Part shown: one piece after another, positions 1 through 14,049 of the stretch
How positions within the stretch are numbered: position 1 is the stretch's first letter
Layout of the letters: each line of letters begins with the position of its first letter
DNA from: Daphnia carinata
Taxonomy: Eukaryota
Reading direction: 5' to 3'
Assembly: GCF_022539665.2 (NCBI RefSeq)
Contig: NC_081332.1
Location: 5,828,001-5,892,000, forward strand
DNA length: 64,000 bases
Made by a program: the position numbers and the translations under genes
Notes under the pieces: generated by a model
The model's input: only the letters and a program-made list of their open reading frames with translations
What the model was told of the DNA's origin: nothing
The model's database searches: none

Positions 1-3000
1 CAACAAAAAGAAAACCTTTTTTTTTTTCCTGTGGTTAGTAAAGTGGACACGACAGCCGTACACACAACACACTGATGGGCGCGTTTCATTTCATTTTATT
101 TTTTTTTTTTCTTTACGTTTTGCATCAGGTAGCGCATTTACTGGTTGCGTTCCAGCTGTCCTTTACCTGTCTCGACCGATCAACGTGGAAATGCATCCCA
201 CAGGAGCTCCTCTGTTATAGTCGCCAACAGGTATAGGAATGTTTATGTAGTTAACTGTTTTGTTTGTTTCTTTTTTACCTTCCTTCGCTTAGATGATTAT
301 AACGTAGACGTTCATCATCTGCGAGACGAGTTTTTCCGTGTGATTGTCGAATGATGGTGGGGCTTCAAAACGGGCCTGTTTCTTGAAACTGGCTGATCAC
401 CTATTCTTATAGACAGGAGAGGGGGAAGGGGAGAATAATAACAACTCAATCGTTGGATGCCTCGTTTAATGTCACTTTCAATATACAGCAGCTGCTATTC
501 GTGATGAGAAAGCCAAGAGAGAAAGGTGGGGGGGGGGGACCAGAAAACGATCGCTCATCATTGAAATAGAACATGCTGACCATATGCACCATTCGAAATT
601 TTACCTTACAAAACAAAAAAAAAATGCATATATTCAGGTCATCCGGGAAATCAATTTGTCTGTTCCTATTTGAATATTATTTTCGTTACGTTAACGAGAC
701 TTTTGGGTACGGAGAAATGCTGATGGTCGCTGCGCCTCACCGTACCTTCCCAAAAAAACAAAAACAAACAGGCATTAAAGCTGGGTAATCATCATCTTCT
801 TCAATGAAGAGAGGGGAATTAAATCTAATTTTATTTCAAACCATACAATCGAATGGGGATTTTGGAAAAAAACAGCGGTCAGCAATAATAAGGTATTGAG
901 CGCTCTTAGCAAACGATCTCGACGAGAGCCAGCATCGACACCCACTTATTACAATGGATGGCCTCTTTAAAAAAAAAAAAAAAAAAGGTTTCCATGTCGG
1001 TTGTAATTACGGCGTCCCACTATATGCGTTAAACTAATGTATATACGTTAGCAGCGCGCTGCATGTCTACAGTCTACATCCAAACAAACGCAAACAAAAC
1101 TTGAAGAAAAACAAGAAAACGGGTTTGACTTTGCCCTGTTGTTTTCCTCCTCGGCTTGTTGTTGCCGAAGATAACAGACGATTTGATAATTACCCCCAGC
1201 ACCACCATCTTTTTTATTTTAAATATAATAGTCGTGTGCAAGAAGGAGAGAGAGAGAGAGAGAGAGGGGGGGGTCTAAAAGGGCTGCCTTTTTTTGTTTT
1301 GTTTCTTTTATATCGGTCCATCTATCTAAAGTCAAATTGTATACGTACAAGATACAGAACATAAGGCCCACTCTTTTGTTACATTACACGCGTACAATTA
1401 AAGCGAGTGCCACACCCCTGTAACCGCGGTCAGTCCCCACAAAAAAGTGAGGGATGGAATAACACAAAAGGGGGGATCTTCATTACCATAATGGCTCCTA
1501 TATGTTTGATTTTTTTTTTTAGTGTTTTTTCTTGTTGTCTATTGTTTTCTGTATACTCTCTTCCACCTTAAATAGTTACATACAACTAAACAAAAGAGAA
1601 TTTTGAAAGGACGCAAACAATTCGGTACGGAGTTAACTTCGAACAAAACGAGCCTTTCTTTCTAGTGTTAGTGCGCGTGTAACTGGTGTAACGTACAACT
1701 TGGAAGATATTTTTTAGTACCAACAAAAAAGCTAACCATTTTAAATCTAAAGGGTTAAAACGAGTGTTTTCCCAAGTCGTTAAAAACTGATACGTTTGCC
1801 TCTTGTTTTCGAAAAAGAAGACACCCCCCCCGCTGATGGCTGTGCTTATCGATTTTTATTGACATTTTTTTCATGGCAGACGAGAAAACCTTTAGCCTCT
1901 CAAAATTAGTTTTGACATTCTGCCTGTTTCGTGTAGATTTCTCGGCGTGTTTTTTTTTTTTATTTCTCATATTAAAGGGGCCCCCCGGTTGATCGACTTC
2001 CATAAGATTCTAATAGGGCAAGCGTAGCTCGTTGTTCGATTGTACAACGAGTGTATACGTTACTGAATGGATATTTATTCAGTTTGAGCGGGGGCCATGA
2101 ATAAAAAATGACTAGATGATAGTCTGTACAACTAACACAGGTATCTAATATACCTGCAGCTTGATGTGTGAGACGAGAAGACGAAGAAAACGAGCTGAGG
2201 TCTTGGGTTATAGCTGCCGAGCGCGCGCGCAAGCCCATTAGCATTCAAATAAGAAATTATCTAGACACAAAACGCTTTCGGTGCAGTATTTCTTTTTTCT
2301 TTCCTTTTCTTACAGGGGCCCCCAATAGTTTTTTTTTTTTTTGTTTTTTTTTTGTTTCCCCCCTTCTCCATCTTTGTTATAACCTGTATTAGATACATAT
2401 ACCTTCTGATGCTCTATTGTCTATCTCTTTCTTTTCTTTTTTTTTTCTTGGGGAAGAACAAAAAGAGAAGCCAGAGGGGTTTCGGTAAGAGAGTGTGGAA
2501 TCCGCACGTCATTTGTCTTGTTTTTCCTTTTTTTTTTTTATTATATATATATATTTTTTTTTCGATGCATAAACTATGTGTATCGACCTGCACACCAGGA
2601 GGAGCGCACGCTTGAAGATTGGGGTAGTAGTCTATACGTTTGGGTTTACCTCTATACTATTAGTCTGTTTAAACCTATAAAGAAGGGTATCGACGGGACG
2701 CTGCCATATCTATACCTGCGTATTTTTTTGGAACATGGGGGGGGGGGGGGGTTTCTAAAAGTTTAAGAAGGGGGCGGATTTGACGTGCACGAGGTTCTTA
2801 TTTTTTTTTGTGAAGAGGTTAAGAAATAGAGGGGGGCTGAAAAAGAAGAGAGAGAACCTTCCTCGTTAGAACTAGCCATGCGATGGATGTATTATACCGA
2901 AAAATCGATGGTAATTTGTTGCAACCACAAAAACAAGAGAGCGAGAAAGAAAAATAAGAGAGACAGGCAAAAGAATTTTGGTTGAAGAAAATTAATAATC

Positions 3001-6000
3001 ATAAATAGGTGGATAGTCGGCCTGTGAACTAGAACTGATGGTTGTTATAACCTTCTCATTTCTCATTTCGAGGAAGTGTTTAAAATTTAATTTAAGTGTT
3101 ATTTTTATTATTGGAATGTCCTGTTTCCGAAAAAAACAACAAATGATTTTAAACGTTCGCAGTTTCAAGTGGTACCATCTCGATGATTTGAAGGACGAAA
3201 AAAGAATTTCTAGTTGGGATATGCGTCAACCACTTGTCATCCAAGACATCCGGCCCGGATCAGATAAAAAGCAAAAAATAGGGAGGAAGCAATCATATGT
3301 CCGTGTGTATGTGTGTGTGGAGGATTGTATATGTTCAAACTCTAATCTAATCTAACCTCTAGAGAACAGCAGTCGGTATGTGACGAGATTCATTAAATGA
3401 TTGAAAAACACACATGTTTAAAAAGAGAGAGAGAGAGAGGTGGCCAACCACTAGGGCATCGGCTCAGCAAACAAGAGGACCTGGAAAGCTGGATGGTCAT
3501 CTTCCTTTGGCGAACAAGTGCTTCATTTCCTTCTTTCTTTAGTCAATTAGTCGCGCTACGGTCGTCCAAATGCTAATGAGTTAGGTTATAGATCTGTATA
3601 TAGGGGATCACCGGTCTACACAGGCCTCCCAGCGAGTTTAAGAAACGAAAGAAAGAAACGAGCGGCAATAAGAAGAAGAATGTTCTTCTTTTGTTTCCCG
3701 GATGGCGAAGATAAAAGAGGACCTCTTTCTTTAAAAAGAAAAAAAAAAAAAGAAAGAAAACAACCTCCAGTTTTCATGTCTCACCTTCTGATTTTCGCAC
3801 CGCTTTTCATTCCTCCTTTTTTCTCGTTTTCTATGTCTTCGCGTTTGAAAAGGTGCTTAACAGTCCGACACAAGACGAACAACCAAGGACACACACACAC
3901 ACACAAGGAGAGATCCTTTTCCTATTGTTTGATGATGACCTTTCATGTTCTTCTGTTTCAAAGATTCCTCTTGTTTCAAAACGTTGGCGGACAAGATTAC
4001 AAGACCTGCCGCGAATTCAATTGTCGGACATCTTTTTTGTTTTAATTCTTCAAACAAAAGGAAAGAAAAGGACATGAGACCGCTTTTGAAAAAAATAAAG
4101 GGGGACCCAAATGAAAGCCGCTGTAGGGTCCAATCAGAAGATGATCAGCTTTCACACTTCATTATCCTGTCATCATCATCAGTTTGTGTGAGTACAATAT
4201 GAGGGAGGTTGGCGCTCTAATTGTTAAAGACCATCGGCCGTTTCGTGTGTGCACAGATTAAACGTATACAGATGATTGAAGATTAGCAATTATGGTTTAT
4301 CTTTATCGATGTTTCGCCGACCACTTGGGAGGTATATGCAGTACAACTGAAATGGAATATATCCAATATATGCTGTATATTGATTTGAAAAATGGGAGAG
4401 CTTATTTGCTATGGCTAATGCGCATTTGTTTGATTTGCATCTACAATTTCGGATTTATTGTCAAACGGCGATCCGTTTTCTTTAACAAGCAGTGCGAGAA
4501 CAGATGTACAACACGACCGCTACCTTGTTCCAGGTGATTAAGGTCGACCAAAGAATTCGAGTTTTTCTTTTTTCTAACAATCGAACAAAAAAAAAAAAAA
4601 TGATAATAAATAATGAATATAAACAACGTTCATCAAAGAATTTCTCTTATTTCGCCTACTTGCTCACGATTATCGTTTTTTGTGTGTTGCTCAGATCAGA
4701 TGGATTACCTTTAACGATCATTGACGTCCACGAAAACGAATCCAGTTCTGCTCATTTTCTTTCTCGAGTGATTATTTTCTTCTAAATGTGGCATGACCAA
4801 ACCGACTAATTTCATAACAGTTATATAAATCCATCTCTCTCTCTCTCTTTTTTTTAATGTGTATACGCTCTGTTTTGTATATAGATATGTTGTACATTTT
4901 ATAGCGCATTACGTACGTGTATAGAAAAAAAAAAAAGAAAAGAAAAGAAAGAGGGAAGAGAAACACCTCATTTCCCAGCTCATTTTTCGCTTCAAATTAC
5001 CGGGACCCCTCGTCGCCTCCGGTGATTTTCTTCTCCTTCTTGTGCTGTGTGCTGGAACCCCACAGCGGGAAGCGTGCAGCAAGACACGCCTTAACGTGAG
5101 CACCAACAAGTCAACATCGCAGAGACAAGGGCAAGGGGGGGGGGATTTATATCCTCCGAAAAGAAAAAAAAATAAAAACAAAAATTATTATAGACCGTGC
5201 CTTTGTATAGACCAAGACAGGCTATTAGTTGATATCTTTCCTTTTCTCCCTATAATATACGGTGTGTATTATATATATATATACAGTATATATATTTTTT
5301 TTTTGAAAAATCTTTGTGCTCTGTGTCTGTTGGGCTAGCGAGTTATGTATATTTACATTTATACTGCCAAACGTGAGTTATATTGCCAGCGCGTTTGACA
5401 ATAGAGGCGCTCGCACGGGATCCTCCTTTATTCGTCGTTTTTCTCTGTTCTCCTTCGTTTTTTTGGGGGGGTCTTTTTTTAAATGGACGACCACTAACAC
5501 GCAAATGGGGTGAAACGATATAAAACGTCCCCACTTGTAAGGAATGCCAGTTAAAAGATTTTTTTTTTTTTTAAACTTCTTCCTTTTTTTCATTAACGCC
5601 AAGCTATTTTCCCCCTCCTTGTAACCGATGATTTATTCGAGTTCCTGCTGTCGAAAATGGACGCTGTTTTTAAATTTAAAAAAAAAAAAAAATCTGCTCA
5701 TGGAATTTTTTGAAATGATTTTTTTTATTTCTGAATTGCCTGAACTTCACTGGGCAAATTATGAGGCTCAATCATTTTTATTTTTTTGTGTGGAGGATAT
5801 TAAACATTTTTTTTTTATATTTTTTTTTTTTTTTTGCTACGGCAATTACGATGAAAATGATCCGTGATAATAAAAAAGGAGGAGAGAAAGTCTTGATTTG
5901 ACGCCTAAGGTATAACGAGGGACAAACATACACACACAAAAAAGTAAATTAGAGTTTCTGAAAATTGTGTGTTGATTTAGTCAAATAATAAAGCAAAAAA

Positions 6001-7107
6001 AAAAAAAAAAGGGCCGGAGCAGTGAAACATAATAAAAAAAAAATAAAGACGAAACGATGAATAAATAAATATGGTGGCAATTAGCTGGAAACAGCCGGGC
6101 GTAATGAGTGAATTTATGCATCGCGTGTGTACGATCGCCAGCACGCCATCGTTTTTCCTACCTATATCTATTTTTTTTTTTGTTTTGTTTTGTTTTCCTC
6201 CTTTTTCTTTTATTTCATCTTTCTTTCATTCTATATCGTTTCATCTGTGTTATCATTCTCTTATTGGATTTTCGTTTTTAATCCTTTCCTATTGTCTTGT
6301 TTGCCTATACTTTCCTCAGAATTCGTAGAAAACAAAAACAAACGTCAAACGTAAAAAGCAAGTAGAAAAGAAAAAAATTAACACGAATGTACACAAAAAC
6401 AAAAGAACAAACATAAATGAAAATTCCAATGAAAATTCAACACACACATACACACACAAAAAAAAATGTTGGCGATTTAATGCGTCTATTAAAATAATAT
6501 GCCAACCGCCCGTTATTAGACGGACGTGCCCTCCTTCTCTTTCTCTTCTCTCTCAAGTAATTATACACGTGAACATCACATCACGGTGCCAACAGCTCTG
6601 CTTGACCTGATGATGTCCGATGATTTCGCATCTATGCATTTCTTGATTCTCGAATTACGCGTCCACGTACACGACCCTCCCAATTTCGTTTTTCATTTGG
6701 CATCGCCAAAGACTGTAATTAAAGCGTATCTTGTATAAACAGCATCTCCCCCTACTTGTCGTGCTTCTCTTATGTAATATCCAGTAAAAAAAAAAGAAAA
6801 AAGAAAAAACAAAGCAAACTTAATTAACCAAATTGAAAGCCCTCAGGGCGATTTAGCGCTCGTCCCATCTTTGGACTTTTTTTTTTTTTTTTTATGAAAT
6901 TCCATCAACGTTAGCGTAATACAACCGAAACTTCTTCTAGCGTAGAGTATTAGAAAACACGTCCAGCAAAACATCTTCGAGAACAGACGAAGTGAAAGAC
7001 GTCCGGACTTGTCGCCTCCGGCTGATACACATTTGATGGAACTTAATGACACGAGTGCGGATGGCCCGATGACGTCTAAGTAGTGTAATGATGCCTAGTT
7101 TTCTTTC

Positions 7108-7138
<31 letters not shown>

Positions 7139-8629
7139 GCCCTTCCCCTTCATCATCATCATCATCATCATCGTGATTTCATTTTTTGTTTTTTGTTTTT
7201 TGAAATATATTTTTAAAACTCCTCGCTTTCCTCCCCTTTTCTTGCCGAAAATGCCTTGATCTTAGCCACGTCCGCGCAGACACGACCTGATGTATTTAAG
7301 AGGGCTGTATAAGTTGGCGCCCTCTGATGAATGATGAACGATATCTCTGTTTATTTTTAAGTAAGAAGAAGAAAAAAAAAAAAATACCAGCCACACGCTC
7401 TTCCATAATTTTTTTTCTTTTGAAAACGAAACAAAACAAGCCCCACACGACCGTCAGTTTGAATTGTGGGTCTTGGTTGTATGGCTCGGCCTAATTACCA
7501 AAAGTTAGCCGGGGTAGCAGATGACCCTTTCAGTATTTATCCACGCACAAGCCATCAAGTCTCTGAGCTGCAGACTTAGTGTTCCACGATTCATTGAAAA
7601 ACAAGCGGCCCTTTTTCTTTTTTTTTTTTTTTTCTTCTTCTTTCTCTCTCTGATGGGTTGAAAGGAAAAAGAGAATCCAGGCACGTCTGCGTTTCGCTTC
7701 GCCTGGCCATTAAATTACGAGGAGAAAAAAAAATAAAAAATAAAAATAAGAAAGGCAATAGCGTCTGCCAAATCACGGTCATCATCATCAAGAGTCACGC
7801 CCCTTCTGGAAGAAAAGAAGCACTTGGCTTTCTTTTTTGTATGACTTCGAGCATGCAGCCTTCAAAACGATGGTAAATGCATAGACGTGGCGTGCGACAG
7901 TTTTTTTTTTTTTCTCTTTTAATGTAACAGACATTTGAAATAAAAAAAATCAAATCAAAAAAGAGGAAAAAAAAGGGGGGAGAGAGAAGAAAATAACGGA
8001 TGCCACTGCATATCAGTTTCTTTTGTTGGTTTGTCTATAGTGACATCACGCCATCCGTGTAGAATTTCTTTTATTTCTTCCTTCGCTCTGTCTGCGTTCG
8101 AGTTCACGTTGGGATTATTTTTTTTTTGGAACGAAAGAAAACGTTTTTTTTTTGGTTTTTTTTTTTCTGTTGTGCAAGTTGTTGCGTTCAAGGGCTGGGC
8201 AAGAGACAACATAGGGGCCCTGATAAGTCCGTGCGGTCGGAGATAACGTCACACCCATTCTGCCCCGCGCTCCATCACCAATCCAATCGTCCCATCATCT
8301 TCGTTTTCAAGCCATCGTTCTCGGGCCTCTCTTTTTCTATATGTGTACAGTTTTGGGGTCTCACAGCAATTCAGAAACAAACAAGATAATATATTCAATT
8401 ATTATCACACTATAAATTGTATACATATACACGACACACATCACGTGTAGGGTCATATTGATGTATGATTTCCCTCGGCTGGCGCTCATCAGATCCACTG
8501 ATAGTCCACGAGTCCATGAAAATATAAGATCGCTGCTATAGGGGGTTACACTCACAACTCACACTGGATATAAAAGCCACATTCCGTGAATGAGTTGAGC
8601 GCGAAATCTGGAAGGGGAATAATAAATTC

Positions 8630-10450
8630 GTGTTTAAATTGTGGAGATTTTGGTTGGATGAAAACAAGGTAGCTTTAGCGCAACCTCTTTGATGTCGAAT
8701 AACTCAAAAACTACAAGGCTCACGTAGAAACGACTAGGATTTTCGTGATTGTCGTTCAGTTTCGAATCGAAATCATGTATTACACAAAACCAATAAAATC
8801 TACGTAAAAAGTAAAGTCTTTTTCGTGATCTTGTTAAATTTTGAATCAAAATCATATACAGTTATCTAGATTTAATGATATTATTTTTTAATAGGAAAAG
8901 TCGGGCTTATGTTGTCGGGCTTATTTTGTCGGGCTTAAAATTTCTATCGCACCTACTTTTATATTTTAGATCAGTCAAAAACCATAAGCTCTACGTAATA
9001 ACAAAATTTATTTCTGTGATTCTGGTTAAATTTTGAATTTTACCATGTATAATTCTCCCTTTTTACTGATTATTAAAAAAAATAAATAAATAACTTTGAT
9101 GTTTCACGCTAGCGCTGGAGCGTACTGGCGCGCTAATAAGTTCTTCGATTCGGTGTATTTCCAAAACGTTTGATTTAATGGAAAAAATTATAATTTTCCC
9201 GGAATTAGCATTCAATTTTGAGTATATTCTGTGATTTTCAACCAATTTCAATTAGTTTCAGTTTTTGCAGGTTTTGGAGGCAAAATTCCCACGGTCATTT
9301 TCTTCGTTTTTCTTCATTTTCTTAAGCCCAACGTCAAAATAAATCCGATATTCGTGATCAGCGATTCATTTTGAATCGGAATAATGTATTTTAAACTAAA
9401 TCTAGAATTTGACGAAAATTGAAAAAGTGGGAAGGCTATATAGCCTTCTCACTTTTGTCAAAATCAGCCAAAACGGGACATCTCACGGAACCGAACAAAA
9501 ATCACGTCATATAATCAAAATTGGACGCTGATTTCGACGAGAGCATTCGTTTTTTTGTCAAACCAACCGTTTTGGAAATAATCGCGAGAAAAGTACATGA
9601 AGCGCATCAAATTTGCTTACTCACTTTTTCTCTTTTTAATTCAAAAATTATAAGTCCGACGTAAAAACGAAGTTGGTTTTTGTAATCCCCGTTTAATTTT
9701 GAACCAAAATCATATATAGCTTTTTATATTTTTAATTTGGGAAAAAATCGAATAGGTTCCAAATTTAAGCCCGACAATTTAAGACCGACAACTTAAGCCC
9801 AACTTTTTCGAAAAAAAAAATTGGATCGCCAAAAATCACGCAGAATATAAAACCACATTTCGTGAATGAGTTTAACTCGAAATATGTAAGAGAAGTGATA
9901 AATTCTCGTTAAACTATGCAGATTTTTGGGCGAAATCAAGGGTTCTATTATAACCACTTTGAATTTGAATAACTCAAAAAGTACAAGTATCAAGCAAAAA
10001 TGAAGTCGATGTTCGTGATCCCCATTCAATTTCAGATCGATATCATGTATTTTTAAGTAAATCTAAATTTTGGCCAAAAATGAAAAAGTGGGAAGGCTAT
10101 AGCCTTCTCACTTTTGTCAAAATCGGCCAAAAACGGACATCTCTTCGAATCCAATGAAAATCGCATCGTATAATCAGAATTGGACGCTGATTTCGATGCG
10201 AGCATTAATTTTCTTGCCAATCCAGCCGTTTTGGAAATAAACGCGAGAAAAGTATCTATTGCGCATCAAATTTGCTGCTCCGTTGTTTTCCCATTTTCTT
10301 TCACAAACTTTAAACTCAACGCAAAAACAAACTCGGTTGCCACGTTCTTCGTTTAATTACGAATCGAAATCATTCATAGTTCTGTCTATTTTTATTTCAG
10401 AACAAACGGAAACTAGCCCGACTTAAAACTAGACTTTATCTGCAGAAAAC
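8630..10450. mobile_element. Modular AT-rich interspersed repeat block, probably non-autonomous DNA-transposon derived
   Basis: Microsatellites stop abruptly. Internal modules are repeated (GAATAACTCAAAAA..., TCATGTATT...). GTCGGGCTTA/TAAGCCCGAC arrays occur at ~8900-8937 and ~9766-9800. Palindromic cores lie at 9422-9456 and 10083-10115. The block is homologous to 14050-15130. Boundaries are approximate. Confidence 0.65.
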
Positions 10451-13400
10451 GTTGGGCTGATGTAACAACTGTGAGCCCTAGCGACTATCAATGATCATCT
10501 GAATCGAACCGCATGATTGCGCAAGTCGTGTTTTATCTCGCTACAGTTCTACAACATAATACACAAATTTAATTGCATTGGTTTCCATGAAACGACAGCT
10601 GTTGCCATTGCCCCCTTAAGCTCGAACCTTTTGCCTTTCTTTTTTGATTTTTGTTTCGCTTTCATTTGAATAATAATAATCACAATAATAATAAAAAAAA
10701 AAAGAAGCGCTTATCCAGCGGGCAATTGCATTCCTCTCGCATAAGACGCACAGTATATGCACACATTAAAAACACAGCTGAAAAAAAAAAAAAAAAAAAA
10801 AAAAACTGTGGAATTTTCCAATTAATGAGTTGCTATATATAGGTGTGGCGGGCGGGATGCGAGCACGCGCGCACAACACGCAAACGGGACTCCGTTTGCG
10901 TGTATATGCAACAGCTCGAGAACTTGCGCCTCATCTGGAAGCCACCGGTGTATGTATATCTAACGGCTCTCTCTCTCTCTCTCTCTCTCTTTACTCCTTT
11001 TTTTTTTTTTTTTTTTTTTGAAAGATGCAAATCAGTTGAGGGGAAAATCACGCCACGGTCGATGATGATGACCACTCGTTTAATAAACGATTGAGGTGAG
11101 GTAAGGTGGGGGGGGGGGGGAATATAAAGAAAAATAAAGAAAAAAAGAAGGGAATAAATAATCAGATTTTCGTATCAACAACGAAAAGGGCCGAGCACAC
11201 GGACGTACCGACGTTTAATTAGGTGGAATGCTCGCGTTCGTCCCTCGTCTTATTAATGCGGCCTCGTCTCACATAACGGCCGTGGACAAACAGCCACATT
11301 TGTCCACGTTATATAAAAGCAGTGCGACCCATTTTCTGATTTCATTAAAAATGAGACATCTTTCCGAAAGGTGGTTTTCCACAAGAGATGATTAGATATA
11401 TATGTATGTGAAAAAGTTAGTTATAATATTATCTTTTCCATGTTTTTTTAGGCACGCGGATTCCAGGGGAAAAGTGTTTTCATCTTCCATTTTTTGTTTT
11501 AATGGCTCTCTCGCGCCCAGTCAAACCTCTCCCTCCCCCATCACCCTCTAGTTCTCTCTCTTCGGTCCGTGGAATTTATTTTTTTTTTTTCCCCTAAGTT
11601 CTGGTCTGGAAAATTTACAACGTGTTTAACAGCCGGCCATTAGAGAAGATAATAGGTCCAGATCTTAATTGTTGGGAAGGTTCTTTTTTGTTTCTTTTTT
11701 CTTGAAATCGTTGTTGTATAGTTCTGAATAAATAAATAATCTGTCGAGTCCATTATGTTCCACGTTCTTAATTTGATTTTTTTTTTTTTTATCCTTAAGT
11801 TGCTGGAACTATACAGAGCAAAGAAGAAGAAGAAAAAAATTATACAGCCATCGATTCTTTTGGTCCTTTTCAAATGGGATTCAAATGGGGCCCGCTGTTC
11901 TTTCAGCTGGCGTTCCAGGGCACGAGCTTTTTTGCCTCTCCAATAGGGAAAGGAATCCAGATATGGGCGAAGAAGAGATGAGCCCATGTGTTTGATGACG
12001 GAGGTGCTAACGTTACCAAATCTACATTTGAAGACTAATCAGGCGATGGTAGTGTGATTTACGCTGATTGTCCCGGACCCGAGTTACAAGACACCTGTTC
12101 AATAAATCTCCCTCAAACGAATTTTTTTTTTGTTCGATGGGAAAACAAGCAGTGGACTATGGCCAGGATGGAACACAAACAAGAAAGGGCATCACACACA
12201 AAAATTCGAAACGAAAAAAAAAAGGGAAACACAAGACTTTCATTTTAATTCTTCTTCATTCTCCATCTTGTGTTTTTTCTTTTTCTTTTCATTTGAACAA
12301 CGCCCAGAACATATCAGATGATGAGAATTTTTCCTTATTGCTTTTTAATCAATCTATTTTTTTTTTTTTTTTTTTTTTTTTCATCCTATCTTATTCGGAG
12401 TTTTTATTTTATTCGTTAGGTCCGCATTACGATTTCAAGTCGTAATCGTTGACATTTACATGGCCAAAATCATCTGGGGCGATTGCGTCAAATAGATAAA
12501 AGGCTCCGTTTTTCTTTTTTTCTCACTCCTTTTTCGAGCTGTCTCGCTCTTATTTTAGGAGCCGTGAGAAATGCTCTTGATGATGTGCTCTGAAGAGAAA
12601 AAAGAAAAACTGGTATGCAAATCATCGTTGGGGCTATCAGCTTTGACAGGCGTGCATAGCAGCAAGCAACTAGTGTCCTTCTATTTGTCTGTTCGAATTC
12701 TCTTTTTCAAAAAAGAAAAAAAAAAAGCTCGTCGGTTACAAAATGGTTTGGCTGCTAGGGCTGATGTTGATGGCCAAGTCAAACAACGACAACAACACGA
12801 CCGAAGAACAACACACACGCCGGCCATCGTTTCTGCGTACACCTGCGGCTGGCTGGACAACATGAATATCTAATGAAGCACATCCAACAGATCATCTTAC
12901 TTGAATCAACCATACAAAAAAACAAAAAAAACAAAAAAAAAACAAAAAAAAACAAAAAGGGCTGATGGCGTAAAGAATTCGTGTTTCATTTTCAACTCGG
13001 CAGCAGCCAGTTAGCAGCTTCCATGTTGTTGTTGTTGCCTGGCTGCTTAAGTGCACGCGCTGGTCTCACAGTCTTTCCTAACGGACGGCATAAATTATTC
13101 CCGACAGGCGAGTGTGTGTGTGCGAGAAACAGATGCGAAAAGGCCAGGCTCGTTCCTGATGGTCGAAACGACGAGCTTGCGCTCTATGGCATCAACTCAG
13201 CATGCATCCAATCTCATTAGAGACGTTCTTCTCCTTCTCTCCTTTCACGAGCCCTTTTTTTATTATTACTATTATTATTATCTTCTCCTCCTATTTTTAG
13301 ATTCAATGTCAACCATCGAACGTACGTCACAATATTCAAATCAACAACAACCCCTCAAAATAATAAGAGATAAGACAATTACGAGAACATCTGTGCAATT

Positions 13401-14049
13401 TGTTTTGCATGTGTTTGTAAATGTGAAGTTGGTCACTCTCCGTGGTGCTTTATAGATGGTGCGTGATGCATGTTGTGTAACATGTTGATGGCCACGTATC
13501 AGCGCCTTCGCTGTGTGGCACGGGGACGAGTGTAATATCGTGTAGAGGCGATTGGATACAGGTAAATGGGGGACGTTTATCATCACGTGAACACTATCGC
13601 TTTTTTTTTTTTATTGCCGAAGCGAATCGACTGAGTCGGTTAACCTCTCGGGGTGGCGCTCCTTCACGTCGATGGCAAGAATTGATGGTAAGATTGTATA
13701 GGTGATCTGCTGTTTGAATGCAGGTGTGAAAATGGAGAAAACCATCGCCCGTCATTGAAACCAAAACGTCCGTTGAATATGGTGAAGCTGTGAAACAGAG
13801 CTTCGTTTGCTCATTATGCATATTGAAAAGAGAGGCGTGAGGCGTTCACAGGTGTGGCTCATCAAAATTTCTCACTACAGACCACACCCATGTGCCTGCT
13901 CACCTGATGGCAGTGTAGATGATCGCGTTTCGTCAAATTGCAATTGATGTCGTTTTCAAGGGGCAGTAAAAAGGCGTTAATAAATCCACGTCCATGGATC
14001 ACGTTCGGTTTTTAATTGAAACTGTTTCAATGTCTAATAGGATTGGATC

